From assembly GCA_004298325.1 (NCBI GenBank), contig SCUF01000369.1, positions 1 to 59,519 of the forward strand: a stretch of DNA of 59,519 nt, read 5' to 3'. Source of the DNA: Betaproteobacteria bacterium (lineage in GTDB: Bacteria; Pseudomonadota; Gammaproteobacteria; Burkholderiales; SG8-39). The position numbers and the translations under genes are program-made. The notes beneath the pieces are model-generated. The model worked only from the letters and a program-made list of their open reading frames with translations. It was not told the origin of the DNA and did no database searches. How positions within the stretch are numbered: the first letter of the stretch is position 1; each line of letters opens with the position of its first letter. Positions 38,033 to 45,659 of the stretch are shown piece by piece.

Positions 38033-38437
38033 TCACTCCATGAGCTCGAACCGGACGCCGATCCGTTCATAGGTCGCCAGGGCGCGGCGGTCTCTCGTGT
38101 GCAGTGCGGCGCCGGCGTGCTTTGCGGTCGCCGCAATCAGGGCATCGTAGGTCGCGCCGCCGGTCAGTCCCGCCGCCGCCGCAGCGGCGATGAGCGCCGC
38201 GTGCGCATCGGCCGGCAGGGTGATCGGCGGAAACGGGAATCTCTCGGCGAGAAATGCGGCCGCGATCTCTGCGCTCGCCCGGTGCGGTGCGGGCAGGCGT
38301 GTCAGTACGGAGTAGCTTTCGATCAGCGCATGCGCGGGCACCTGGGGTCGGCGATCGAGCAGTTGCGCCGCCGTGCGGTGCGCTTCGTGCCACGATGCGA
38401 ACGCCGCGACGACGACGCTGGTATCGACCGCGATCAA
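38033..38437 (-). CDS. vapC: PIN-domain toxin VapC
   Basis: Has LIAVDTSVVV.. with acidic PIN residues and is about 134 aa. The TTG start overlaps the antitoxin stop as TTGA. Confidence 0.8.
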   Translation of the reverse strand: MIAVDTSVVVAAFASWHEAHRTAAQLLDRRPQVPAHALIESYSVLTRLPAPHRASAEIAAAFLAERFPFPPITLPADAHAALIAAAAAAGLTGGATYDALIAATAKHAGAALHTRDRRALATYERIGVRFELME

Positions 38438-38679
38438 CGACGGATCTGTTCGATCGTGTCGCGCACGATATCGTCGGTAAGCGGGGGCAACTTCCGGGCA
38501 GACACCGCGACGCTGCCACTGCCACGCTTGACGAGCCTCATCGACGTTGGCGCGGGCACGATTTCCAGCCTGCCGTCGCACTCCCGGATTTCGACCGCGC
38601 GGCCGCCGGTCAGACCGAGCCGCTCGCGCAGCGCCTTCGGCACCACGATCCGGCCCGCAGCATCGATGGTAGATTTCAT
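38434..38679 (-). CDS. vapB: AbrB/MazE/SpoVT-type antitoxin VapB
   Basis: The 81-aa product has GRIVVPKALRERLGL, a SpoVT/AbrB swapped-hairpin motif. It lies directly upstream of the PIN gene. Confidence 0.8.
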   Translation of the reverse strand: MKSTIDAAGRIVVPKALRERLGLTGGRAVEIRECDGRLEIVPAPTSMRLVKRGSGSVAVSARKLPPLTDDIVRDTIEQIRR

Positions 38680-38773
38680 GGCACGAGCATACCATTCGGC
38701 CTTGGATTAGCCCCAAGTCTGCCGAATTCCCGCGCGGTTTGCATGATTTGCAGGCTCGGTGCATATTATCTGC

Positions 38774-39946
38774 ATGTGGATCGTAAGGCAGGCAGAGTCC
38801 CTCGTGCGACGCATGGCGCGGCAGTTCCCGGCCGTGCTGGTGACGGGCGCCCGGCAGAGCGGCAAGACTTCGTTGCTGCGCCATCTGTATCCGCGTGCGT
38901 CCTACCTGAGCCTTGATTTGCCCGCCCATGCCGAAGGGGCGCGCACTGTGCCCGAGGCTTTGCTGGCCGACTACCCGGAGCCCGTGATCATCGACGAAGT
39001 GCAGTACGCGCCGTCGTTGCTGCGCCATATCAAGGCGCGGATCGACGGCAACCGCGTGCCGGGCCGCTATTTCCTGACGGGTTCCCAGGTGTTCTCACTG
39101 ATGCAGGGGGTCTCCGAAAGCCTGGCGGGGCGCTGCGGCGTGCTCAACCTGCACACGCTTTCGCGCGCCGAGCTGCTCGAGGCCGGCCGCGGGATCGAAG
39201 AGCCAAGGTATATCTACCTTGGCGGCTACCCGGAATTGCACGTCGGCGCCGACCCGGAACTGTGGTTTCCGTCCTACGTGGCGACCTACCTCGAGCGCGA
39301 CGTGCGCAACGTGCTGCGCATCGCTGACCTGCCGCAGTTCAATCGCTTCCTGCGCGCGTGCGCGCTGCGGACCGCGCAGGTGCTCAATTATTCCGATCTC
39401 GCGCGCGACACGGGAATCGCGCCCAACACCGCCCGCAACTGGCTGGGCCTGCTGCAAGCTTCGGCGGTCGTGGCGCTGATCGAGCCGTTCTTCGGCAACC
39501 GCAGCAAGCGCCTGATCAAGGCGCCGAAGCTGGTCATGCTCGACACGGGCCTGGCGGCATTTCTCGCGGGATTCCGGTCGGCGAGGGAACTTGCCGCTTC
39601 GGCGCTCGCGGGGTCGTTCTGGGAGTCGCACGTCTTCGGCGAGATCACGCGCCAGGCCGCGAACCGCGGCGATCCCGCGCCGGTTCTTTACTGGCGCACG
39701 GCAAGCGGCCCCGAAGTGGATCTGGTGATCGAGCGCTCGGGCGCAACGGTCATCGCGATCGAGTGCAAATGGAAGGAGCATCCCGATGCGTCGGATTCGG
39801 CTGGCCTGCGGGCGCTCGAGGCGGCCGAAGGCAAGCGCGTCAAGGAAAAGATCATTGTCTGCCGCACCAAAACGCCCTACAGACTGGTCGACGGCACCTG
39901 GGTATTGAGCGTCGCCGAGGCGCTCGAGCGAGTTGCAGCGCGATGA
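38774..39946 (+). CDS. AAA-family ATPase with a DUF4143-like C-terminal domain
   Basis: Has Walker A VTGARQSGKTS and Walker B-like VIIDEVQ. The overall AAA_14 plus DUF4143 layout was assigned from memory. Confidence 0.75.
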   Translation: MWIVRQAESLVRRMARQFPAVLVTGARQSGKTSLLRHLYPRASYLSLDLPAHAEGARTVPEALLADYPEPVIIDEVQYAPSLLRHIKARIDGNRVPGRYFLTGSQVFSLMQGVSESLAGRCGVLNLHTLSRAELLEAGRGIEEPRYIYLGGYPELHVGADPELWFPSYVATYLERDVRNVLRIADLPQFNRFLRACALRTAQVLNYSDLARDTGIAPNTARNWLGLLQASAVVALIEPFFGNRSKRLIKAPKLVMLDTGLAAFLAGFRSARELAASALAGSFWESHVFGEITRQAANRGDPAPVLYWRTASGPEVDLVIERSGATVIAIECKWKEHPDASDSAGLRALEAAEGKRVKEKIIVCRTKTPYRLVDGTWVLSVAEALERVAAR

Positions 39947-39977
39947 AATGGACGCCGCCTGACCCCGATCGATTGAC

Positions 39978-41042
39978 GTGCGCTTGATCACTCTCCAGGC
40001 CCTTCTTCCGCACCTCGGCTTCGGGCTGGCGCTGGTGCTTCTTTCGGCGGCGCTGACCCGGCTCGCGAGCCGGCGGCTGCGCGTGATGGACGTGCCGAAC
40101 GAGCGCTCGTCGCACGTCGCCCCGGTGCCCAAGACGGGCGGCGTCGCCATCGTGGCGACCTTTCTCGCCGGCATGGTGGCGATCTACTTCTTCGCGCGCG
40201 AGGCGCGCATCGAGGACCGCTACTTCTGGGGTTTGCTCGCCTGCGTCGTGTTTCTTGCGGTGGTTTCGTTCGTAGACGACGTCAACCAGCGCTCGTACGC
40301 GGCGAAGCTCGCGACACAGGTGCTGTGCGCGGTGGCGGTGGTGCTGGCGGGCTTCACCATCGAGCGGCTCTGGATCCCGCTGCGCGGCGAAGCGCCGCTG
40401 GGCTGGCTCGCGTACCCGGTGACGCTTTTCTGGGTGATCGGGCTGACCAACACCTGCAATTTCATGGACGGGCTGGACGGTCTTGCGGCGGGCGTGGCGG
40501 CGATCGCGGGCGCTTTCCTTTGCGCGATCGCGCTGTCGCAGGATAGCGTGTTCGTCTACGCGGCCTCGTACGCGCTGGTGGCCGCGGCGCTCGGTTTTCT
40601 GGTCTTCAATTTTCCGCCGGCGCGCATCTTCATGGGCGATGCCGGGAGCACGTTCTTCGGTTTCGCGTTTGCGGCGCTCGCGCTGATCGGCGCGCACTTC
40701 GACCGGGGGCACCTCTCGTTCTACGTCGTGCCGCTGCTGCTCTTCCAGTTCATCTTCGACACCTTCTTCACCTTCGTGCGGCGGCTGCTGCGCGGCGAGC
40801 CGGTGCATATGGCGCATCGCACGCACCTGTACCAGTTGCTGCAGCGCTCGGGCTACAGCCACCGCGCCGTGACGCTATTTCACTATGCGGTGGCGATCGC
40901 GCAGGGCATCGGCGCGATCGTGCTCGTCAAGCTCGAGCCGCAATACCGCGCCGCGGTGTTCCTGCCGTTTCTCGCTTTCAACGTGCTGTATGCGTGGTGG
41001 GTGCTCCGCCGCGCACAACGCGCCGGACTGGGGTCAGAGTAG
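39978..41042 (+). CDS. Polyprenyl-phosphate N-acetylhexosamine-1-phosphate transferase (WecA/WbpL, MraY-like family)
   Basis: Has VMDVPNERSSH, NFMDGLDGLA and about 10 TM segments. The last five codons (GLGSE-TAG) are REP sequence. Confidence 0.85.
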   Translation: MRLITLQALLPHLGFGLALVLLSAALTRLASRRLRVMDVPNERSSHVAPVPKTGGVAIVATFLAGMVAIYFFAREARIEDRYFWGLLACVVFLAVVSFVDDVNQRSYAAKLATQVLCAVAVVLAGFTIERLWIPLRGEAPLGWLAYPVTLFWVIGLTNTCNFMDGLDGLAAGVAAIAGAFLCAIALSQDSVFVYAASYALVAAALGFLVFNFPPARIFMGDAGSTFFGFAFAALALIGAHFDRGHLSFYVVPLLLFQFIFDTFFTFVRRLLRGEPVHMAHRTHLYQLLQRSGYSHRAVTLFHYAVAIAQGIGAIVLVKLEPQYRAAVFLPFLAFNVLYAWWVLRRAQRAGLGSE

Positions 41043-41094
41043 GGGGTCAGAGTAGGGGGTCAGAGTAGGGGGTCAGAGTCCTTACTCTGACCCC
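41030..41094. repeat. REP array: four tandem 13-nt units (GGGGGTCAGAGTA), the last paired with an inverted copy
   Basis: Forward units lie at 41030, 41043, 41056 and 41069, and the inverted TACTCTGACCCC at 41083..41094. The last pair forms an 11-bp perfect stem with a 4-nt loop (41069..41094). The array sits between the convergent wecA-like and galE genes. Confidence 0.9.
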
Positions 41095-41096
41095 AA

Positions 41097-42107
41097 TCAG
41101 GCGTAGCCGTCGGGATTCTGCGTCTGCCAACGCCAGGCGTCGCGGCACATGTCGTCGAGCCCCAGTTCGGCGCGCCAACCGAGTTCCCGCGCGGCAAGCG
41201 AGGCGTCGGCCCAGAAGGCGGCTATATCCCCTGCACGGCGCGATACAAATTCGTACGGCACCTCCCTGCCGATCAGGCGCGCGAACGCGGTCACCACCTG
41301 CAGTACGGAGAGCCCGCTGCCGGTGCCGAGATTTGCGGTGATCGAGCGCTCGCGCTCTTCCAGGTAACGCAGGGCGGTGACGTGACCGGCGGCGAGGTCC
41401 ATGACGTGAATGTAGTCGCGCACGCCGGTGCCGTCGGGCGTCGGGTAGTCGTTGCCGAAGACGCGCAGCTTCGCCAGCCGGCCGCTGGCCACCTGCGTGA
41501 GGTATGGAAAAAGATTGTTCGGAATGCCGCGGGGATCCTCGCCGATGCGTCCCGAAGGATGCGCACCGATGGGGTTGAAGTAGCGCAGACAGGTATAGCG
41601 GAAATCGGGGTCCGAGCCCGATTGGTCGGCAAGCAGCTGCTCGATCACCAGCTTGGTGCGGCCGTAGGGGCTTTCCGGACGCAGCGGGTGCTCTTCACGG
41701 TAGGGCAGGTATTCGGGCGCGCCGTACACCGTAGCGGACGAACTGAACACGATCCGGCGCACGCCGTGCCGCTGCATCGCCTCCAGGAGCGCGATCGTGC
41801 CGCCGACGTTGTTGTCCCAGTAAAGGAGCGGCTTCTCGACCGATTCGCCCACGGCCTTCAGGCCCGCGAAGTGGACCACGGCCCCGATCGCATGCGCCGC
41901 GAATACGCTTTCGAGGGCGGCGCGGTCTCGCAGGTCCGCGTGCCGGAATTCGATCGTGGCGTCCGGTGCGAGCTCGCGGATGCGCCCGAGCACCGAGGGC
42001 TTGGAATTGCAGAGGTTGTCGACGATGATCAGCCGATATCCCGCCTGCGCCAGCGCTACGCACGTGTGCGAGCCGATGTAACCGAGTCCGCCCGTGACCA
42101 GAATCAT
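41097..42107 (-). CDS. galE: UDP-glucose 4-epimerase
   Basis: Has ILVTGGLGYIGSH and YGRTK (YxxxK). The 336-aa product follows the GalE pattern over its full length. Confidence 0.9.
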   Translation of the reverse strand: MILVTGGLGYIGSHTCVALAQAGYRLIIVDNLCNSKPSVLGRIRELAPDATIEFRHADLRDRAALESVFAAHAIGAVVHFAGLKAVGESVEKPLLYWDNNVGGTIALLEAMQRHGVRRIVFSSSATVYGAPEYLPYREEHPLRPESPYGRTKLVIEQLLADQSGSDPDFRYTCLRYFNPIGAHPSGRIGEDPRGIPNNLFPYLTQVASGRLAKLRVFGNDYPTPDGTGVRDYIHVMDLAAGHVTALRYLEERERSITANLGTGSGLSVLQVVTAFARLIGREVPYEFVSRRAGDIAAFWADASLAARELGWRAELGLDDMCRDAWRWQTQNPDGYA

Positions 42108-42113
42108 TAGAAT

Positions 42114-42193
42114 GGGGTCAGAGTAAAGGGTCAGAGTAAACCGCGTCGCAATCTGAGTTATTGATTTTCAATGACAAATCTTACTCTGACCCC
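42114..42193. repeat. REPIN (two forward REP units plus one inverted unit)
   Basis: GGGGTCAGAGTA lies at 42114..42125, GGGTCAGAGTA at 42128..42138 and TACTCTGACCCC at 42182..42193. Confidence 0.9.
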
Positions 42194-43256
42194 ATTATCG
42201 GCGCTGCTCGACAACGTCAATGTCGAGGCGATGGAGGAGATGCCTTCGCCCGCCGAGGTGGAGGCGCGCGTGCCGCTCACGGAAGGCGCGGCGCGCACGG
42301 TGCTCGCCGGGCGGAACGCGGTGCGCGCAATCCTCGATCGCAAGGATGCGCGGCGTTTCGTCGTCGTGGGTCCGTGCTCGATCCACGACCCCGCGGCGGC
42401 ACTCGATTACGCCGAGCGGCTGCGGCGGCTCGCCGACGAGGTGCGCGAGACGCTCGCGCTCGTGATGCGCGTGTACTTCGAGAAGCCGCGCACCGCGACC
42501 GGCTGGAAGGGTTTCATCAACGATCCGGGCATGGACGATTCGTTCCGCATCGACGAGGGGATCGTGCGCGCGCGCGAGTTGCTGATGCGCCTGGCCGAAC
42601 TGGGGCTTCCGACCGCGTCGGAGGCGCTCGACCCGATCTGCCCGCAGTATCTCTCGGAGCTGATTTCCTGGTACGCGATCGGCGCGCGCACCTCCGAGTC
42701 GCAGACGCACCGCGAGATGGCGAGCGGGCTGTCGGCGCCGGTGGGCTTCAAGAACGGCACCGACGGCGGGCTCGAGGTGGCGGTCAACGCGATCCGCTCG
42801 GCCGCCTCGCCGCACGGCTTTCTCGGCGTCAACCAGGCGGGCAAGACGAGCGTGATCCGCTCCAGGGGCAACCGCCACACGCACCTGGTGCTGCGCGGCG
42901 GCGGCGGACGCCCCAATTACGACACGGTGAGCGTGCGCCTCGCGGAGAATGCGCTCGCCAAGGTGGGACTCGCGCCCAATATCGTGATCGACTGCTCGCA
43001 CGTCAACTCGATGCGGGACCACGCGCTGCAGCCGCTCGTGTTCAACGATTGCGTGCACCAGATCATCGAGGGCAACCGCTCGATCGTCGGCATGATGCTC
43101 GAATCGAACCTCGAGGCGGGCAACCAGCCGATCCCAGAGGACCTCTCGAAACTGCGTTACGGCGTCTCCGTCACCGACCCGTGCATCGACTGGGCCACCA
43201 CCGAGGAAGTCCTGCGCCGCGCGCACCGCGACCTGATCAAATTGGGGTCAGAGTAA
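42171..43256 (+). CDS. aroG: 3-deoxy-7-phosphoheptulonate (DAHP) synthase, class I
   Basis: Has VVVGPCSIHD and FEKPRTATGWKGFINDP. The feedback isozyme type cannot be determined. The start codon and the first ~8 codons lie inside a REPIN, and the last codons (LGSE-TAA) are REP sequence. Confidence 0.9.
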   Translation: MTNLTLTPLSALLDNVNVEAMEEMPSPAEVEARVPLTEGAARTVLAGRNAVRAILDRKDARRFVVVGPCSIHDPAAALDYAERLRRLADEVRETLALVMRVYFEKPRTATGWKGFINDPGMDDSFRIDEGIVRARELLMRLAELGLPTASEALDPICPQYLSELISWYAIGARTSESQTHREMASGLSAPVGFKNGTDGGLEVAVNAIRSAASPHGFLGVNQAGKTSVIRSRGNRHTHLVLRGGGGRPNYDTVSVRLAENALAKVGLAPNIVIDCSHVNSMRDHALQPLVFNDCVHQIIEGNRSIVGMMLESNLEAGNQPIPEDLSKLRYGVSVTDPCIDWATTEEVLRRAHRDLIKLGSE

Positions 43257-43331
43257 CTTTTGTTTCGATTGTTCAGGTACTTGCGTGAATCGCAGTAAAG
43301 CTTCCGGGTCACCACGGTTTACTCTGACCCC
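43244..43331. repeat. REPIN (inverted REP doublet, 64-nt spacer)
   Basis: GGGGTCAGAGTA lies at 43244..43255 and TACTCTGACCCC at 43320..43331. Confidence 0.9.
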
Positions 43332-44103
43332 AATATGCCTCGCGTTTCTGCTCAATGTGCCGATGGCGATCGCCGCGCCTGATATTGCGGATCTGTGGGA
43401 CTTCGATCGGCCCGACCTGTCGGAGGAGCGCTTCCGCGCGGCACTCGGCGATGCGGCAGGAGATGCGCGGCTCGAGCTGCTGACGCAGATCGCGCGCAGC
43501 TACTCGCTGCGCGCGCGGTATGAGGACGCTCACAGGCTGCTGGACGAGATCGAGCCGCAGCTCGCCGCGGCGGGGCCGGCGCCGCGCGTGAGGTATCTGC
43601 TGGAGCGCGGGCGCACGTTCCGGTCGGGCGGCGCCCCCGACAAGGCTGGGCCGTTGTTCGCCGAAGCCTGGGAACTCGGCCGCACGAGCGGCCTCGACGG
43701 CCTCGCCATCGATGCCGCGCACATGGTTGCACTGGTCGAGCCGAAGACCGAGGATCGGCTGGCGTGGAATGAGCGCGCGCTGGAACTTTCGCGGCGCGCG
43801 ACCGAGCCGTATGCGCGCAATTGGCAGGCGTCGCTGCACAACAATATCGGTTGGTCGCTGCACGACGCGGGCCGATTTGCGGAGGCCCTCGTTCATTTCG
43901 AAACGGCGCGGAAAGAACGCGAGCGCCGCAAGCAGGTGAACGAGATTCGCATCGCGAAGTGGGCCGTGGCGCGCTGCCTCCGGTCGCTCGGCCGTCGCGA
44001 CGAGGCGCTCGCCATTCAACTCGCGCTCAAGGCCGAGTGGGCGGCCGATGGCAAAGTGGATCAGTCCGTGATGGAGGAACTCGGGCTGTTGGGTATCCGG
44101 TAG
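43285..44103 (+). CDS. Hypothetical exported protein, TPR-like helical repeats
   Basis: Has a signal-peptide-like N-terminus (RSKASGSPRFTLTPICLAFLLNVPMAIA-AP) that is partly encoded by the REPIN arm. The body is helical and Ala/Leu/Arg-rich. The GTG start is uncertain. Confidence 0.5.
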   Translation: MNRSKASGSPRFTLTPICLAFLLNVPMAIAAPDIADLWDFDRPDLSEERFRAALGDAAGDARLELLTQIARSYSLRARYEDAHRLLDEIEPQLAAAGPAPRVRYLLERGRTFRSGGAPDKAGPLFAEAWELGRTSGLDGLAIDAAHMVALVEPKTEDRLAWNERALELSRRATEPYARNWQASLHNNIGWSLHDAGRFAEALVHFETARKERERRKQVNEIRIAKWAVARCLRSLGRRDEALAIQLALKAEWAADGKVDQSVMEELGLLGIR

Positions 44104-44118
44104 CTCAGGGGTTATAAT
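44089..44118 (+). promoter_or_regulatory. Candidate sigma70-type promoter of the second vapBC operon
   Basis: TTGGGT (44089..44094), an 18-nt spacer and TATAAT (44113..44118) lie 28 nt upstream of the vapB ATG. A TAATcATTA palindrome overlaps the -10 element. Confidence 0.35.
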
Positions 44119-44145
44119 CATTACCCGGTATTACTTGAGACGACC

Positions 44146-44379
44146 ATGGATGCAACGACGGTCACGAGCAAGGGTCAGGTTACGATTCCCAAGGAAGTGC
44201 GCAGGCGCTTCGGCATTCGCCAGGGAAGCCGGGTGGAGTTCGCCATCGTCGGCAACCGCATCGAAATGCGGCTGGCCAGTCGGCCGCTGGAGACGGGGAA
44301 GAGCGGTTACGGAATGCTGAGAAGCCGGCGGCGCGCGGCGCCGGCGGATCTCGACCCGGCTTCGCTCATCAAGCGCTAG
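44146..44379 (+). CDS. vapB: AbrB/SpoVT-type antitoxin VapB
   Basis: The 77-aa product has the KGQVTIPKEVRRRFGI motif. It lies upstream of the PIN gene. Confidence 0.8.
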   Translation: MDATTVTSKGQVTIPKEVRRRFGIRQGSRVEFAIVGNRIEMRLASRPLETGKSGYGMLRSRRRAAPADLDPASLIKR

Positions 44380-44388
44380 CCCGACGCC

Positions 44389-44805
44389 ATGATCGGGCTG
44401 GACACCAATGTCCTTGCGCGATACTACGTTGCCGATACGGCAGACGCCGAGAGTGCTCGCCAGCGTGAAGCGGCTCGACGGCTGATCGACTCGGGCGCGC
44501 CGTTGGCGGTATCCAAGACCGCGCTGCTGGAACTCGAGTGGGTGATGCGCGGCTATTACGAGTTCGATCCCGGGCGTATTTTGAGGGCCTTGCGCCATTT
44601 GCTGGCGCTCCCGTACGTCGAAATCGAAGACCGTGCCGCAGTAGAGGCTGCCTTGTCCCACTACGAGAGCGGGCTCGATTTTGCCGACGCCATGCATCAT
44701 GCCGCCTATCGGCAATGCCGCGCGATGGCGACCTTCGACGATCGCAGATTCGCACGCCGCGCGAAGCGCATGGGGCTGACGCCACCGGTCGTGCAGCCGA
44801 CGTGA
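44389..44805 (+). CDS. vapC: PIN-domain toxin VapC
   Basis: Has an MIGLDTNVLARYY N-terminus and conserved acidic residues (D5, E.., D..). It is 138 aa. Confidence 0.85.
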   Translation: MIGLDTNVLARYYVADTADAESARQREAARRLIDSGAPLAVSKTALLELEWVMRGYYEFDPGRILRALRHLLALPYVEIEDRAAVEAALSHYESGLDFADAMHHAAYRQCRAMATFDDRRFARRAKRMGLTPPVVQPT

Positions 44806-44837
44806 TGTTTGGCCGGTTCTAGTTCCCTAACTGTAAT

Positions 44838-44849
44838 GGGGTCAGAGTA
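44838..44849. repeat. Single REP unit flanking the 3' side of the RAYT gene
   Basis: An exact GGGGTCAGAGTA lies 26 nt from the RAYT stop codon. Confidence 0.85.
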
Positions 44850-44874
44850 ACTTTTTCCTCGCAACGACAAAGAG

Positions 44875-45603
44875 TTAGCGCGGAAGCTGCCGTTGCGGCG
44901 ATCTCTGTGAGGTGACTCCCAAGCGCGCGATGCGGGGTTCGCGCGCACGACGCAGTGCCGCGAGGACATCGGCGTTGACCCGGGCACGGAACTCTTCCGA
45001 ACCAAGGGGCCGTCCCTTGTTCAGGCAGAAGCGTATCGAATCGAGATCCTGGTGCGAAATGCCGTCGGCGAACAATTCGCCATAGGCCCGTCTGCATTCG
45101 GACGGTGTTCGTCCCAGTCGCAGATAGCACTCGTGCTCAGTGACGAGCGGGTCGCGGTGCGCGCCGGTGTAGTGCCGGTAGCTCGACCACGGGTAGTCCA
45201 GAGCCGACGCCGTCATCCCCGCGCGCACGGGGTTGTTCTCGATGTAGCGCTGGCAGACGAGGAAATACCGCTCGCTGTCGATCACGCTGGAACGGAAGCG
45301 GCCTTCCCAAAGCGTACCGGTGCGCCCGTGGATCTTGTTGAAGGTGCGTACATAGCGGCGCCCGAGATGCTGCATGAGGCCTGACACGGCGTGGGGTTCC
45401 TGCGGCGTGACCAGCAGATGCACGTGGTTCGTCATCAGCACGTAGGCATGGACCGAGCAGGCATACCGTTCGATTGCGCGGCGCAGGCAAGCGAGGTAAC
45501 GCCGGAAATCGTCGTCGCACGCAAAACATGCGCCGCGGTTATTGCCCCGCTGCACGACGTGGACCGGCACTCCCGCCAAGGCTAATCGCGGCGCTCGTGC
45601 CAT
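44875..45603 (-). CDS. REP-associated tyrosine transposase (RAYT; IS200/IS605 TnpA-like Y1 HUH enzyme)
   Basis: Has the HUH motif in LMTNHVHLLV, GRTGTLWEGRF, and the catalytic-Tyr motif QRYIENNPVRAG followed by YPWSSY. REP units in opposite orientations flank it on both sides. Confidence 0.85.
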   Translation of the reverse strand: MARAPRLALAGVPVHVVQRGNNRGACFACDDDFRRYLACLRRAIERYACSVHAYVLMTNHVHLLVTPQEPHAVSGLMQHLGRRYVRTFNKIHGRTGTLWEGRFRSSVIDSERYFLVCQRYIENNPVRAGMTASALDYPWSSYRHYTGAHRDPLVTEHECYLRLGRTPSECRRAYGELFADGISHQDLDSIRFCLNKGRPLGSEEFRARVNADVLAALRRAREPRIARLGVTSQRSPQRQLPR

Positions 45604-45659
45604 GACTGCTCGCCTCCCCCTATCCCCATGCCGCCTTCAACGCGTAGCGGCGGAAAAGG

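Noticed and set aside
36298-38710. Plus-strand ORFs 36298..37776 (492 aa) and 37562..38710 (382 aa)
   Set aside because: They are antisense to the OPX export gene and the vapBC pair and have no motifs.
39095-40862. Minus-strand ORFs 39095..40174 (359 aa) and 39852..40862 (336 aa)
   Set aside because: They are antisense to the AAA ATPase and WecA-like genes, both of which have diagnostic motifs.
41030-41080. Possible CRISPR array (short direct repeats)
   Set aside because: The units are 13 nt and directly abutting with no spacers. The same unit is dispersed as inverted doublets elsewhere, so this is a REP array and not CRISPR.
42195-44121. Minus-strand ORFs 42195..43226 (343 aa) and 43309..44121 (270 aa)
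   Set aside because: They are antisense to the DAHP synthase and TPR-like genes. The DAHP synthase assignment is unambiguous.
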